Both the position numbers and the translations under genes were made by a program. From the NCBI GenBank assembly GCA_041394485.1, contig JAWKIE010000024.1, positions 1,305-65,304 of the forward strand: DNA of 64,000 nucleotides, written 5' to 3'. Shown here in pieces: positions 31,529 to 41,023 of this stretch. The stretch's first letter is position 1, and every line of letters starts with the position of its first letter. This stretch comes from Microthrixaceae bacterium (lineage in GTDB: Bacteria > Actinomycetota > Acidimicrobiia > Acidimicrobiales > Microtrichaceae). The notes beneath the pieces are model-generated. The model was not told the DNA's origin. It saw only the letters and a program-made list of their open reading frames with translations, and searched no databases.

Positions 31529-31574
31529 GCTGCTCGCTGAATCCGCCGCAGAACGCGGCGACCATCACCCGCCC

Positions 31575-32804
31575 ATGCGGCGCGAGTTTCATCGAGAAGC
31601 TCCCCGTCTGGGCGATCTGAGCGACCTGGGAGGGGCCGGGCCCGGCGAACCGCTGGGCACGGCCCCTCGACATCTGCCGGCTCGGGTTGCCGAGGTTCAC
31701 CGGACCGACCCGGAGGCGTGGTGGGACGACCTGCTCACCCGGTCCCCGCGCGCACCCGCCTACCGCATGGTGAAGGAGGGCGAGGTGCTGCCCCGAAGCC
31801 TCGTGTGCCGACGATCCGGGGTCGGCCACCAGCAGCTCGACGACCTCATCGAACCCAACCGGGTGTTGGAGTCATACGACGATGGTGCCTCCCTGGTGCT
31901 CCAGGGCCTCCAGCACACGGACCCCGCCATGGCGCGCCTGTCCAACAACCTGGCGTTGGAGCTCGACCAGCCCGTCCAGCTGAACGCCTACCTCAGCCCG
32001 GCGTCCGCGCGAGGGCTGGACCTGCACTTCGACTATCACGACGTGATCGTGGTGCAGCTGAGTGGAACCAAGGCGTGGCGGGTGTGGGCGCCCCTCGACC
32101 GGTCACGGCTGCCCCAGAAACGCGGGCCGGGTATCCCCAAGCCGACGTGGGACGAGGTCGGCGATCCGGTGATCGAGACCGTGGTGCACCCGGGCGACGT
32201 GTTGGTGATCCCGCGCGGCCACCCGCACGCCGCGGCCACGATCGACGACGAGTCGGCCCACCTCACGATCGGGATCATGTCGTTGACGTGGCAGGCCCTC
32301 ATCGCCATGCGCCTCAGGGACACGGCCGGGGGCCCCGCCCTGGCGTCGACGTTTCACGACGCCGAGCCGGCCCGGAGCAACGCCCTGGCGGACCTGCGTG
32401 CGGAGCTCAGCCCGGACGCACTGGCGCGGGCCCATCGCCTGGAGGTGTGGCGGCGTCAGCCCCGCACCCGTCTCCGGCCCCGGCGCTGCACGTTCGACCC
32501 GGACGCCGACCTGGCGTTCACTCCAGGGCCGCTGTTGTGGCTGGACGACCCGTCGGGCGAGGCCCGCAGCGAGCCGAGCGACGACGGCCGAACCCACCCG
32601 CCGGTGTCGTTGCAGCTCGGTGACCGGGCGATCACCCTGCCCGCCGCCGCCACGCCCCTGCTGGAGATCCTGCTCGCCGCCGAGGGAGCGTTTGGCGTCG
32701 CCTCCCTGATGGCCGATCCCCGCCACGGACTGGACGGTCCCTCGGTCCGGGCCATACTGGCTGCCCTGCACCGAGAAGGAGTGGTGAGCCATGGCCCCCT
32801 ATAG
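31575..32804 (+). CDS. JmjC / cupin-4 (ROXA/YcfD-like) 2OG-Fe(II) oxygenase; start uncertain (could be near 31530)
   Basis: GASLVLQGL, NAYLSP, GLDLHFDYHDVIVVQLSGTKAW (HxD and the 2OG-binding Lys), PGDVLVIPRGHPHAA (distal His); C-terminal winged-helix-like tail. Confidence 0.9.
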   Translation: MRREFHREAPRLGDLSDLGGAGPGEPLGTAPRHLPARVAEVHRTDPEAWWDDLLTRSPRAPAYRMVKEGEVLPRSLVCRRSGVGHQQLDDLIEPNRVLESYDDGASLVLQGLQHTDPAMARLSNNLALELDQPVQLNAYLSPASARGLDLHFDYHDVIVVQLSGTKAWRVWAPLDRSRLPQKRGPGIPKPTWDEVGDPVIETVVHPGDVLVIPRGHPHAAATIDDESAHLTIGIMSLTWQALIAMRLRDTAGGPALASTFHDAEPARSNALADLRAELSPDALARAHRLEVWRRQPRTRLRPRRCTFDPDADLAFTPGPLLWLDDPSGEARSEPSDDGRTHPPVSLQLGDRAITLPAAATPLLEILLAAEGAFGVASLMADPRHGLDGPSVRAILAALHREGVVSHGPL

Positions 32805-33810
32805 CTGCGCCCGGGCGGCGATCGAGCGTTCCGAGCCGATCTTCGCCACCGCCTCAGGAGTGCGCCGCTGGCTGTTGATCGAGGTGCTCGGGGCGTGGGG
32901 CCACACCGCCGCGATCGACTCCGACCTGGGCGACGTCGTCGACCGTGACTGGCTGGCCGCCAACAAGGAGCGGGGGATCCGCACGCTGACCGTGCGCCGA
33001 AACCTGTGCCGGGACAGCCAAATCGACCAGAACGACAGCGCCATCGAGGTGATCTACGTGGACCCGTCCGTGCCCGGCGGCCGCGCCGGACAGGCGTGGC
33101 ACCGCACGGTGGAGGACCTCGCCGAGGTGCCGCAGGCGACGTCCGACCTGCCCGGCGCGGGCCGCCGGGGTGGACCAGAGGGCTGGAACACCTGGACCGA
33201 TCCCTTGACGCTGGTGTGCACCAACGGCCGTCACGACAGCTGTTGTGCCACCTTCGGGCGACCGCTGATCCGGCATCTGCGCGACAGCCGGTGGGCCGGG
33301 ACCGCCTGGGAGAGCTCGCACGTGGGCGGCGACCGCTTCGCCGCCAACCTGGTGCTGCTGCCCGACAGCCTGTACTTCGGACGGTGCGACCCGGAGTCCG
33401 CCGAGGCGGTGCTGGAGGCGCACGCCGACGGGCGTATCCATCTGCCCAACTATCGGGGCCGGTCCACGCTGGGGTTCACCCAACAGGCGGCCGAGTACTT
33501 CGTGCGCACCGAGCTGGGCCTCGACCGCCTCGACGACGTGGGCGCCGTGCGCCGTGTTGATCAGGACGGCAGCGGCACCCTGCGGTTCCAGGTGGAGACC
33601 ACCACGTCCGCCGATCGCGGCGACGGTCGGCGACGGGGGCACGTGGTGACCCTGGAGCGCACCACCGTGCCCAGCCCCTCACCGTTGACCTGCAAGGGCC
33701 CGGAGGACGTGTCCTACCCGGTCTATCGGCTGATCCACCTCACCGACGCCGAGCCGATCGCCGAGTCGGATCCGCTCAGCCCCGAAGGCTCCACGGCACC
33801 AACGGGTTGA
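32791..33810 (+). CDS. Sucrase/ferredoxin-like (thioredoxin-like [2Fe-2S]) protein
   Basis: WLLIE..GAWG, LVCTNGRHDSCCATFGRP, WESSHVGGDRFAAN, YRGRS, TCK; overlaps the cupin stop. Confidence 0.9.
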   Translation: MAPYSCARAAIERSEPIFATASGVRRWLLIEVLGAWGHTAAIDSDLGDVVDRDWLAANKERGIRTLTVRRNLCRDSQIDQNDSAIEVIYVDPSVPGGRAGQAWHRTVEDLAEVPQATSDLPGAGRRGGPEGWNTWTDPLTLVCTNGRHDSCCATFGRPLIRHLRDSRWAGTAWESSHVGGDRFAANLVLLPDSLYFGRCDPESAEAVLEAHADGRIHLPNYRGRSTLGFTQQAAEYFVRTELGLDRLDDVGAVRRVDQDGSGTLRFQVETTTSADRGDGRRRGHVVTLERTTVPSPSPLTCKGPEDVSYPVYRLIHLTDAEPIAESDPLSPEGSTAPTG

Positions 33811-34573
33811 GGGTCAGCGTTCCGGGGAGCTTCGGAACGATCCGCCTGCTCCGACGCTGCCAGGCCAGGATTCTGGCCACCTCGTCCGGACGGGCGGCCG
33901 GCAGCTCCAAGGCCTCGCGCACCGGCGGGGGCAACAGATCGCAGGCGAGCACCGCCCCGAAGCGTTTGACCGGCCCGGGTACCCATCCCAGCGGAGGATC
34001 GAGGATCGATCGGGCCGACGCACGCGACCGGTCGTCGGGCTGGAGCGACCCTGCCCGCCCGGCGAACCACCGGCGGAACCCGGCCGCATCGGAGGGAAAG
34101 TCGTCGAGCCGGATCTCGAAGTAGGCGGCCAGACGGCGCGTCTCGGCGACAGATCGATCTCGGTCGGCCTCGCTCAGCCGCCCGACGAAGCGACGCTCCA
34201 CCTCCCACAAACTGTCGACCAGGGTGCCCAGCACCCACGCCTGGGCGTCGGGGTCGGTGGCGTCGTACCCGACGCCGTCGCCGGTGCGGCCGACGATCGC
34301 ACCATGAACCCGGTCGAGCGCCGCCGCCTGAGCCGCCGCTGCGGCCTCCGACCCGAACGACAGCACCAGCATCGCCCGCAGCGTCGACACCAGGCGGTGC
34401 AGGCTGCGGGCCTCCCAGTCGGAGTGTTCCTCGACCGCCGCCGCCACCTGCGGATGCGCCACCTGCAGCAACAGCGCCCGCTGGCCGCCGAGCACGGCCC
34501 ACCACCTCGCCGCCGTGGCCCAGGCCACCGAACTTTGGTCCATCAACGCATCCGGCGCCGGGTGCCGGCTCAT
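33776..34573 (-). CDS. Oxygenase MpaB / DUF2236 family protein
   Basis: GGQRALLLQVAHPQVAAAVEEHS, RVHGAIVG, YDATDP...WV. Confidence 0.88.
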   Translation of the reverse strand: MSRHPAPDALMDQSSVAWATAARWWAVLGGQRALLLQVAHPQVAAAVEEHSDWEARSLHRLVSTLRAMLVLSFGSEAAAAAQAAALDRVHGAIVGRTGDGVGYDATDPDAQAWVLGTLVDSLWEVERRFVGRLSEADRDRSVAETRRLAAYFEIRLDDFPSDAAGFRRWFAGRAGSLQPDDRSRASARSILDPPLGWVPGPVKRFGAVLACDLLPPPVREALELPAARPDEVARILAWQRRSRRIVPKLPGTLTLNPLVPWSLRG

Positions 34574-35463
34574 GAGGTGGCCTCCACCGGTACGAATCGC
34601 ACCACCAGCGCCTCCGGCCACAGCTTGCCGGTGATCAGAAACTCGTCGTCGGGCAGCGCCGCGATGCCGTTGAGCACGTCGGCATCGGCCTGCTGGGCCT
34701 CCGACAGCAGGCCGGAGGCATCGACCGTGGCCTCCAGCTCGCCGCTCCCCGGATCGATGGCGACGATCGTGTCGCTCTGCCACACGTTGGCCCAGATGCG
34801 GCCGTCGACGCATTCCAGCTCGTTGAGTTGGTCGACCGCGGCCCCGGCGCCGTCGACGACGTCCACCGACCCGGTCACCTCGAACGTGACCGGATCACGA
34901 AACGTGAGGTCGGCCGAGCCGTCGCTCATCACCAGGCGTCCGCTCGGCTCGTCCATGCAGATGCCCCAGCCCTCGCCGTCGTAGGTGAACCGGTCGACCT
35001 CCTCGAACGAGTCGGCTTCGCGGACGATCGCAACGCCCGCCTTCCAGGTGAGCTGCACCAGCCGCCCGTCGGGCAACTCGGTGAGGCCCTCGGCGAAGAA
35101 CTCCTCCGGCACCGACACCTCCTCGGACACCGTTCCCGACTCCAGGTCCCACCTTCGGACGGTCGACTCGCCGTACCGGCCGGTGGACTCGACGACGTCG
35201 CCATCGACCAGCTCCAACCCCTGGGTGAACGCGTCGCCGTCGTGTGGCAGGCGCCGCACGACCTCGACCCGCAGCTCGCCCTCGGCAACCGGGCCGGAGT
35301 CCCGCCCGCTCCACGCGATCGCCACCAACATCAGCCCGGCAGCAACAACAGCGGCCGCCATCACCAACGCCGTCCGGCCCCGTCCGAACCGGGCTGTCTC
35401 GCCCACATCGTGCTGCGCCGGAGGCGGCGGCTCCGGGTCGGCCGACGAGGGGGAGTCGTCCAC
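34570..35463 (-). CDS. Glutaminyl-peptide cyclotransferase (type I QC)
   Basis: FTQGLE, ESTGRYG, FFAEGL, QLTWK, EGWG, LNELE, ANVWQ, VLNGIA, TGKLWP. Confidence 0.92.
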   Translation of the reverse strand: MDDSPSSADPEPPPPAQHDVGETARFGRGRTALVMAAAVVAAGLMLVAIAWSGRDSGPVAEGELRVEVVRRLPHDGDAFTQGLELVDGDVVESTGRYGESTVRRWDLESGTVSEEVSVPEEFFAEGLTELPDGRLVQLTWKAGVAIVREADSFEEVDRFTYDGEGWGICMDEPSGRLVMSDGSADLTFRDPVTFEVTGSVDVVDGAGAAVDQLNELECVDGRIWANVWQSDTIVAIDPGSGELEATVDASGLLSEAQQADADVLNGIAALPDDEFLITGKLWPEALVVRFVPVEATS

Positions 35464-35529
35464 ATGGCAACGCTACCGGGTGCGCCGCGCGGCCGAGGGG
35501 CGGCTTGAAATCGAGTAACGTTCAGCACG

Positions 35530-35953
35530 ATGGCAGACCAATTCGCTCTGGACTCACCACCCCGGTTCACGCTCCAGCCTCACGAGCGCCTGCTCTGGTC
35601 CGGCCGGCCTCGACCTCACCGATCGGCGGGTACTGGTTCGAGGCGCCCGAACGAAGACAGAGGTCACGACCATCCCCCTCACCTCCCTCGGTGACGTGTC
35701 GGTCCGGCCGGGCAAGAGGGGTCGGGGCACCATCTCGTTTGGCTCGAACCCGTCGTTCCCCTGGGCCCGCTGGACTCGCAGCAACGACCCCCGCATGGCA
35801 TCTGCTCCTGCCTTTGTGGAGATCGAGGACGCCGCGTCGGTGTACGAACAGATCATTCAGGCTCAGCAGGCGATGCAGGTATCCGCCGCCCCACAGCCAT
35901 TCGGGGCTCCGACCAGCCCGCAGCCGCTCTGGGACCCGCACAGCCAGAGCTGA
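35530..35953 (+). pseudogene. PH-domain-like protein, out-of-frame with an apparent internal deletion
   Basis: LQPHERLLWSGRP is joined out of frame to LTDRRVLV...GTISFG...APAFVEIEDAASVY. Confidence 0.5.
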
Positions 35954-36066
35954 CCGTCTAGGCCAAACGACTCATTCTCATCACTTTGCGTGACCTCAGC
36001 CACGAGTGAAACTACGTTGCGTGTGGCGGCGATGGGCAGGTCGCCGCCACCAGGTTGCGGAGGCGG

Positions 36067-38262
36067 ATGATGCAGCGAGCACGAAGGGTGCGATCCCTGG
36101 TGGTGTCCCTCATGGCGGCCACGATGGCGGTTGGGGTGGCAGGCGTGGTGGCGGCGACGGCACAGCCCGTGCCCTACTCCGATGCACCGGCCGGCACCTG
36201 GCGGGTCAACGGTCGGGTCTCGGCCACCGAGATCATCGGCGACACCGTCTACGTCGGCGGCTATTTCACCTCGGTCACCGGACCGTCGGGCACGGTTGCC
36301 CGGCGGCACTTGGCGGCGTTCGACGCCCGCACGGGCGAGCTTCGCACCGGCTTCGCCGCCGACACCGACCAGCCGGTGCGTGCGCTCGCCACCGACGGCG
36401 CCGCCCTGTTCGTCGGCGGCAGCTTCAACTCGATTCGAGGGACGACCCGTCACCGGCTGGCAAAGCTCGATCCCGGCAGCGGAGCGGTCAACGGGACCTT
36501 CACCGGCGGCACCAACAGCCACGTCTACGCGCTGACGGTATCCGGCGATCGGCTCTACGTCGGCGGCTCCTTTTCCCAACTGTCGGGCCAACCCATCTCC
36601 AGGGTGGGCGCAGTCGACCCCGCAAGCGGAGTGGCCATTCCAAGCTTCGCCCCCGGCGCCAACGCCTCGGTCACCGGATTGGACACCACGCCGGACGGTT
36701 CGGAGGTCTTCGTCGCCGGCCAGTTCACCACCATCGCGGGAACCGATCGCCGCTACGTCACCGGGCTGACGCGCGACGGTGTGGTGACCGGCCCCGACTA
36801 CGTCGACGCCGTCGACTACGTCGTGTTCCAGGTGGATTACGACCCGCAGTCCGACCACGTGTTCGTCGCGGTGGCCGGGTATGGCAACCAGCTGGCGGCG
36901 CTCGATCATCAGACCGGTCAGAAGCTCTGGCGACACCGGGCCGACGGCGACGTCCAGGCGGTGCGGGTCGACGACGGCACGGTCTACTTCGGTTTCCACG
37001 AGGGCTTCGCCGGCGACGAGGCGGTGAGGATGCTGGCCGCCGACACGACCAGCGGCGAATTGGAGGCGGCGTGGCGGCTCAACGCCACCAGCTTCATGGG
37101 GGTGTTCTCCATCTCGGCCGACGGCACGACGCTGGTGGCGGGCGGCGAGCTCGATTGGATCCTGGGAACGAACGTGGGCGGTCTGGCCATCCTGCCGAGG
37201 AACACTCCCCCACCTCCCCCGACCACGACGACCACGACCACGTCGACGACCACCACGACGGCACCGCCCAGGCCACCTGGGGAGCCACTGGTCGAATCCG
37301 GGTCGTCGTGGCGATTCCAGGTGGGCACCGCCCCGACCGGGTGGGCCGAACCAGGCTTCGCCGACGGCGCCTGGGCCTCCGGGGTGGCCGAGCTTGGCTA
37401 TGGCGACGGCGACGAGGCCACCACCTTCGGCCCCGCGGCCGCCACGACCTACTTCCGCCACAGCTTTCAGCTCGACGCCGTCCCGGCCGGACCGCTGACG
37501 ATGTCGGTGCTGGCCGACGACGGAGCGCTGGTGCGCCTCAACGGCACCGAGGTGATGCGGGACAACCTCCCGCCGGGCGCCATCGGACCCACCACGGCCG
37601 CCTCCGGCTACCGCTGGGGAGCCGGCGAGACCACCTGGACCGACGTGGCCGTCGATCCATCGTTGCTGCGGGTGGGAACGAACACGGTGGCGGTCGAGGT
37701 GCACCAGGCGCCGGATTCCACCGACCTCAGCTTCGACGCCTCGCTGACCCCGAGCGGCGGTACCCCGTTCCCGCCGAGCCGCGTCGACCTGGTCACCCCG
37801 GGCGCGGACTGGCGGTATCGGATCGGTGACGCACCGGCCGACTGGATCCAGCCCGGCTTCGCCGACGGATCGTGGGCGCACGGGGTCGCCGAACTGGGCG
37901 CCGCCGACGGCGATGAGGCCACGGTGATCGGGCCGGTGGCCCCGACCACCTATTTCCGGCACAGTTTCCTGCTCGCCACGCTGCCCGATCGCCCTCTGGA
38001 GCTGTCGGTCCTGGCCGACGATGGAGCCGTCGTGTACCTCAACGGTGTCGAGGTGATGCGGGACAATCTCCCGCCGGGCGCGGTGGGGCCCGGGACCGCG
38101 GCCCCCGCCTACAAGTGGGGCGATGCCGAGCGCACCTGGGTGACCGTGACGCTCGACCCGGCGCAGCTTCAACCGGGAACCAACACGGTGGCGATCGAGG
38201 TGCATCAGGCCCACGACTCGGGCGACCTCAGCTTCGACGCCTCACTCGCCGTGCCCGCCTGA
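36067..38262 (+). CDS. Secreted beta-propeller protein with a Pro/Thr linker and two tandem beta-sandwich (CBM-like) domains
   Basis: Repeated LYVGG.F blades; PPPPTTTTT linker; duplicated W..GVAELG..DGDEAT...TTYFRHSF...ADDGA.V.LNG.EVMRDNLPPG...NTVA.EVHQA..S.DLSFDASL. Confidence 0.85.
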   Translation: MMQRARRVRSLVVSLMAATMAVGVAGVVAATAQPVPYSDAPAGTWRVNGRVSATEIIGDTVYVGGYFTSVTGPSGTVARRHLAAFDARTGELRTGFAADTDQPVRALATDGAALFVGGSFNSIRGTTRHRLAKLDPGSGAVNGTFTGGTNSHVYALTVSGDRLYVGGSFSQLSGQPISRVGAVDPASGVAIPSFAPGANASVTGLDTTPDGSEVFVAGQFTTIAGTDRRYVTGLTRDGVVTGPDYVDAVDYVVFQVDYDPQSDHVFVAVAGYGNQLAALDHQTGQKLWRHRADGDVQAVRVDDGTVYFGFHEGFAGDEAVRMLAADTTSGELEAAWRLNATSFMGVFSISADGTTLVAGGELDWILGTNVGGLAILPRNTPPPPPTTTTTTTSTTTTTAPPRPPGEPLVESGSSWRFQVGTAPTGWAEPGFADGAWASGVAELGYGDGDEATTFGPAAATTYFRHSFQLDAVPAGPLTMSVLADDGALVRLNGTEVMRDNLPPGAIGPTTAASGYRWGAGETTWTDVAVDPSLLRVGTNTVAVEVHQAPDSTDLSFDASLTPSGGTPFPPSRVDLVTPGADWRYRIGDAPADWIQPGFADGSWAHGVAELGAADGDEATVIGPVAPTTYFRHSFLLATLPDRPLELSVLADDGAVVYLNGVEVMRDNLPPGAVGPGTAAPAYKWGDAERTWVTVTLDPAQLQPGTNTVAIEVHQAHDSGDLSFDASLAVPA

Positions 38263-38268
38263 GTTTCC

Positions 38269-38375
38269 GGCCCGAACGGCCCGAGCGGAGCGGGGTGACG
38301 GCCTCCGTGGCCCAAACGGCCCGAGCGGAGCGGGGTGACGGCCTCCGTGGCCCGAACGGCCCGAGCGGAGCGGGA
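38269..38375. repeat. 40-bp tandem repeat (about 2.7 copies) between convergent genes
   Basis: GGCCC(G/A)AACGGCCCGAGCGGAGCGGGGTGACGGCCTCCGT at 38269 and 38309, partial copy at 38349. Confidence 0.9.
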
Positions 38376-39599
38376 CTACAGCGCGAAGACGCTGACCGAC
38401 TCGGTGTGGTGGGTGTGCGGGAACATGTCGACCAGCGTCACCGATTCGAGCGTGTACCCGCGCCGCACCAGCAACCCGGCGTCGCGCCCGGCGGCGGCGG
38501 CGTCGCAGTTGATCAGCACCACCCGTCGGGCGCCCGTGGCCTCCACCTTGTCCACACCCGCCTTTCCCAGGCCGGCGCGGGGCGGGTCGGCGACGAGCAC
38601 CTCGGCCTTGGACGGCCGCCACTTGCCCACCTGCGAGGCGATCACCCGGGCCTCCCCCGCCTCGGCGGCATCGGACAGGTTGACCTTGGCATCGGCAACC
38701 GACGACCTGGCCGACTCCACCGCCGTCACCTTCAGGCCGGGCGTGCGGTCGGCGAGCACCGCTCCGAACAGGCCGACCCCCGCGTACAGATCCACGAGGC
38801 GCTCGCCGGGCGACAGCGTGCCCAGGCCGTCGGCCACCAACGACACCAGCGCCTCGGCCCCGTCGCGCCGGGTCTGGAAGAACGAACGTGCCGAGACCCG
38901 AAACCGGCGGCCGGCGACCTCCTCGTGGATCCAGGCACGGTGCTCCTCCAACTCATCGGCCCCGATGATCCGCGCCTCGGTCTCGCCGTCCAGCGGGCCG
39001 GGGACGACGACGCCTTGGGAGTTCGGGGTGACCAGCACCAGCGCCTCGCCGGTTGCCTCGCCGATGCGCACCATCACCTCGGTGGCGTCGCCGAAGTCGC
39101 CTTCGGTCACGATGCGTTCCAGCCGGGGATGGGCCACAACACACACCGAGAGCGGCACCAGGTCGTTGGTGCCCACCTCGAAGAGTCCGGCCCGCCCGTC
39201 GGTCACGCCCAGGCGAAGCGTGGTGCGGAAGTTCTCGGTGGGCAGATCGGGCCCGGCCGTGATCTCGGGGGCGTCGATCTTGCCCAAGCGTCGCATCGCG
39301 TCGGCGAGCACCTCAGCCTTCATCGAGCGCAGCAGCGGGGGTTGGGCGTCGGCGTGGTCGCAGCCTCCGCAGCCGTCGGCCACGTGCGGGCAGTGTGGCA
39401 CCTCGACCCGCTGCGGGTTGGCCTCCAGCACCTCGACGACCTCACCAAACGTGGTGCGCTGGTCTTCGACCAGGTCGACCACGACCCGCTCGCCGGGGAG
39501 GCCGCCGTCGACCAGCACCACCCGACCGTCCTCCCGTCGGGCCAGCCCCAGCCCGCCGGCCACCGGACGCTCTACCCGTAACTCGATCTGTTCCACCAC
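38376..39599 (-). CDS. TRAM-domain SAM-dependent RNA (uracil-5)-methyltransferase, RlmD-like
   Basis: GLPGERV, CPH...CGGC, SFFQ, DLYAGVGLF, DPPRAGL, DMFPHTHHTE. Confidence 0.92.
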   Translation of the reverse strand: MVEQIELRVERPVAGGLGLARREDGRVVLVDGGLPGERVVVDLVEDQRTTFGEVVEVLEANPQRVEVPHCPHVADGCGGCDHADAQPPLLRSMKAEVLADAMRRLGKIDAPEITAGPDLPTENFRTTLRLGVTDGRAGLFEVGTNDLVPLSVCVVAHPRLERIVTEGDFGDATEVMVRIGEATGEALVLVTPNSQGVVVPGPLDGETEARIIGADELEEHRAWIHEEVAGRRFRVSARSFFQTRRDGAEALVSLVADGLGTLSPGERLVDLYAGVGLFGAVLADRTPGLKVTAVESARSSVADAKVNLSDAAEAGEARVIASQVGKWRPSKAEVLVADPPRAGLGKAGVDKVEATGARRVVLINCDAAAAGRDAGLLVRRGYTLESVTLVDMFPHTHHTESVSVFAL

Positions 39600-39681
39600 C
39601 ACTTCGTAGCATGGCGGAGTGTCCTCACCCGTTTCGTCCTCGCCCAACCCGTCCAGCGCTGCGGCGTCCGTGTCGGGCTCG

Positions 39682-40374
39682 ATGCCCGGTACCGACCGCA
39701 CGATCGAAATCGTGCCGTCGGTGCTGCCCGCCGACTTCTCCCGACTGGGCGAGGAGTGCGCCGCGCTGGCCGAGGCGGGCGTCGACCGCATCCAGTGGGA
39801 TGTGATGGACGGTCGTTTCGTTCCCAACCTGACCTTCGGGCCCGACGTGATCGCCGCCTGCCGCGACACCACCGACGTGCCCTTCGAGGCGCACCTCATG
39901 GTGGAACAACCCGAGGAGCTCGCCCACCTGTACGTCGAGGCGGGCTGCCAGATGCTGATCGTGCACGCCGAGTCGACCAAGCACCTGCACCGAACCCTCG
40001 GCTCGATCCGTGACCTGGGCGCCCAGCCGGCGGTGGCCCTCAACCCGTCAACCCCACCCGAGGACGTGCGCTACGTGCTCGAGCTGTGCGACATGGTGCT
40101 GGTGATGACCGTCAACCCGGGATTCGGCGGGCAGGCCTACATTCCCGAGATGGAGCCCAAGGTGGCCACGCTGCGCCGGTGGATCACCGAGGCCGGGTTG
40201 GACTGCGACATCGAGACCGACGGCGGCATCGGCCCGGCCACCATTGCGGGGGCCGCCGCCGCCGGTACCAACGTGCTCGTCGCAGGGAGTGCGCTGTACA
40301 AGGACCCGGAGGGCCTCGCCCATGCGGTGACCAACCTGCGTGAGCTGGCCACCGAGGCCGCAACCACCGCCTGA
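39682..40374 (+). CDS. rpe: Ribulose-phosphate 3-epimerase
   Basis: PSVLPADF, DVMDGRFVPNLTFG, MTVNPGFGGQ, DGGI, VAGSA. Confidence 0.96.
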   Translation: MPGTDRTIEIVPSVLPADFSRLGEECAALAEAGVDRIQWDVMDGRFVPNLTFGPDVIAACRDTTDVPFEAHLMVEQPEELAHLYVEAGCQMLIVHAESTKHLHRTLGSIRDLGAQPAVALNPSTPPEDVRYVLELCDMVLVMTVNPGFGGQAYIPEMEPKVATLRRWITEAGLDCDIETDGGIGPATIAGAAAAGTNVLVAGSALYKDPEGLAHAVTNLRELATEAATTA

Positions 40375-40405
40375 ACCCGGGCCTCAGCGGAGCGGAAGCC
40401 GGGCC

Positions 40406-41023
40406 TCAGGCGAGTTCGCCCTTGCCGATGATCACGTTGTCGATCAGGCCGTACTCCTTGGCCTCGTTGGCGGTGAACCAACGGTCGCGGTCGGAGTCGA
40501 TGCTGATCTGCTCGGCGGTCTGGCCGGTGTGGTGGGCGATGCGCTCGGCCAGCATCTTCTTGACGTAGATCATCTGCTCGGCCTGAATGGCGATGTCGGC
40601 CGCCTGGCCCTGGATGCCGCCCAACGGCTGGTGCATCATGATGCGGCTGTGGGGCAGGGCGAACCGCTTGCCAGCGGTCCCCGCGCAGAGCAGGAACTGA
40701 CCCATCGAGGCGGCCAGCCCCACGCACACCGTGCCGACGTCGGCGTTGACAAACTGCATCGTGTCGTAGATCGCCATGCCGGCGGTGACCGACCCACCCG
40801 GCGAGTTGACGTACAACATGATGTCCTTCTCCGAATCCTCGGCGTCGAGGTACAGCAGCTGGGCGGTCACGAAGTTGGCCAGCTCGTCGGAGACCTCTGC
40901 GCCAAGAAACACGATGCGATCCTTCAGCAGCAGCCGGTAGATGTCGGCTGACGGGTCCATGCCCGACAGTGGGCCCAAGCGGGGGGCCTGTTGGCTGGTG
41001 GGTGCGAACAACGCGTCGCTCAT
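40406..41023 (-). CDS. clpP: ATP-dependent Clp protease proteolytic subunit (second copy)
   Basis: [37 protein letters not shown]. Confidence 0.96.
   Translation of the reverse strand: MSDALFAPTSQQAPRLGPLSGMDPSADIYRLLLKDRIVFLGAEVSDELANFVTAQLLYLDAEDSEKDIMLYVNSPGGSVTAGMAIYDTMQFVNADVGTVCVGLAASMGQFLLCAGTAGKRFALPHSRIMMHQPLGGIQGQAADIAIQAEQMIYVKKMLAERIAHHTGQTAEQISIDSDRDRWFTANEAKEYGLIDNVIIGKGELA

Noticed and set aside
31359-31574. N-terminal extension of the cupin overlapping the peptide gene
   Set aside because: The ATATP-type sequence is the shifted reading of the Asp/Gly repeat. Codon pattern and promoter position favour the peptide frame.
33776-35463. MpaB-like oxygenase and glutaminyl cyclase as part of the peptide cluster
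   Set aside because: They are on the opposite strand in a separate operon, the peptide has no Gln, and both genes are common stand-alone actinobacterial genes. A link is not excluded but is unsupported.
38269-38375. Possible CRISPR array
   Set aside because: The units are head-to-tail with no unique spacers, and there are no cas genes.
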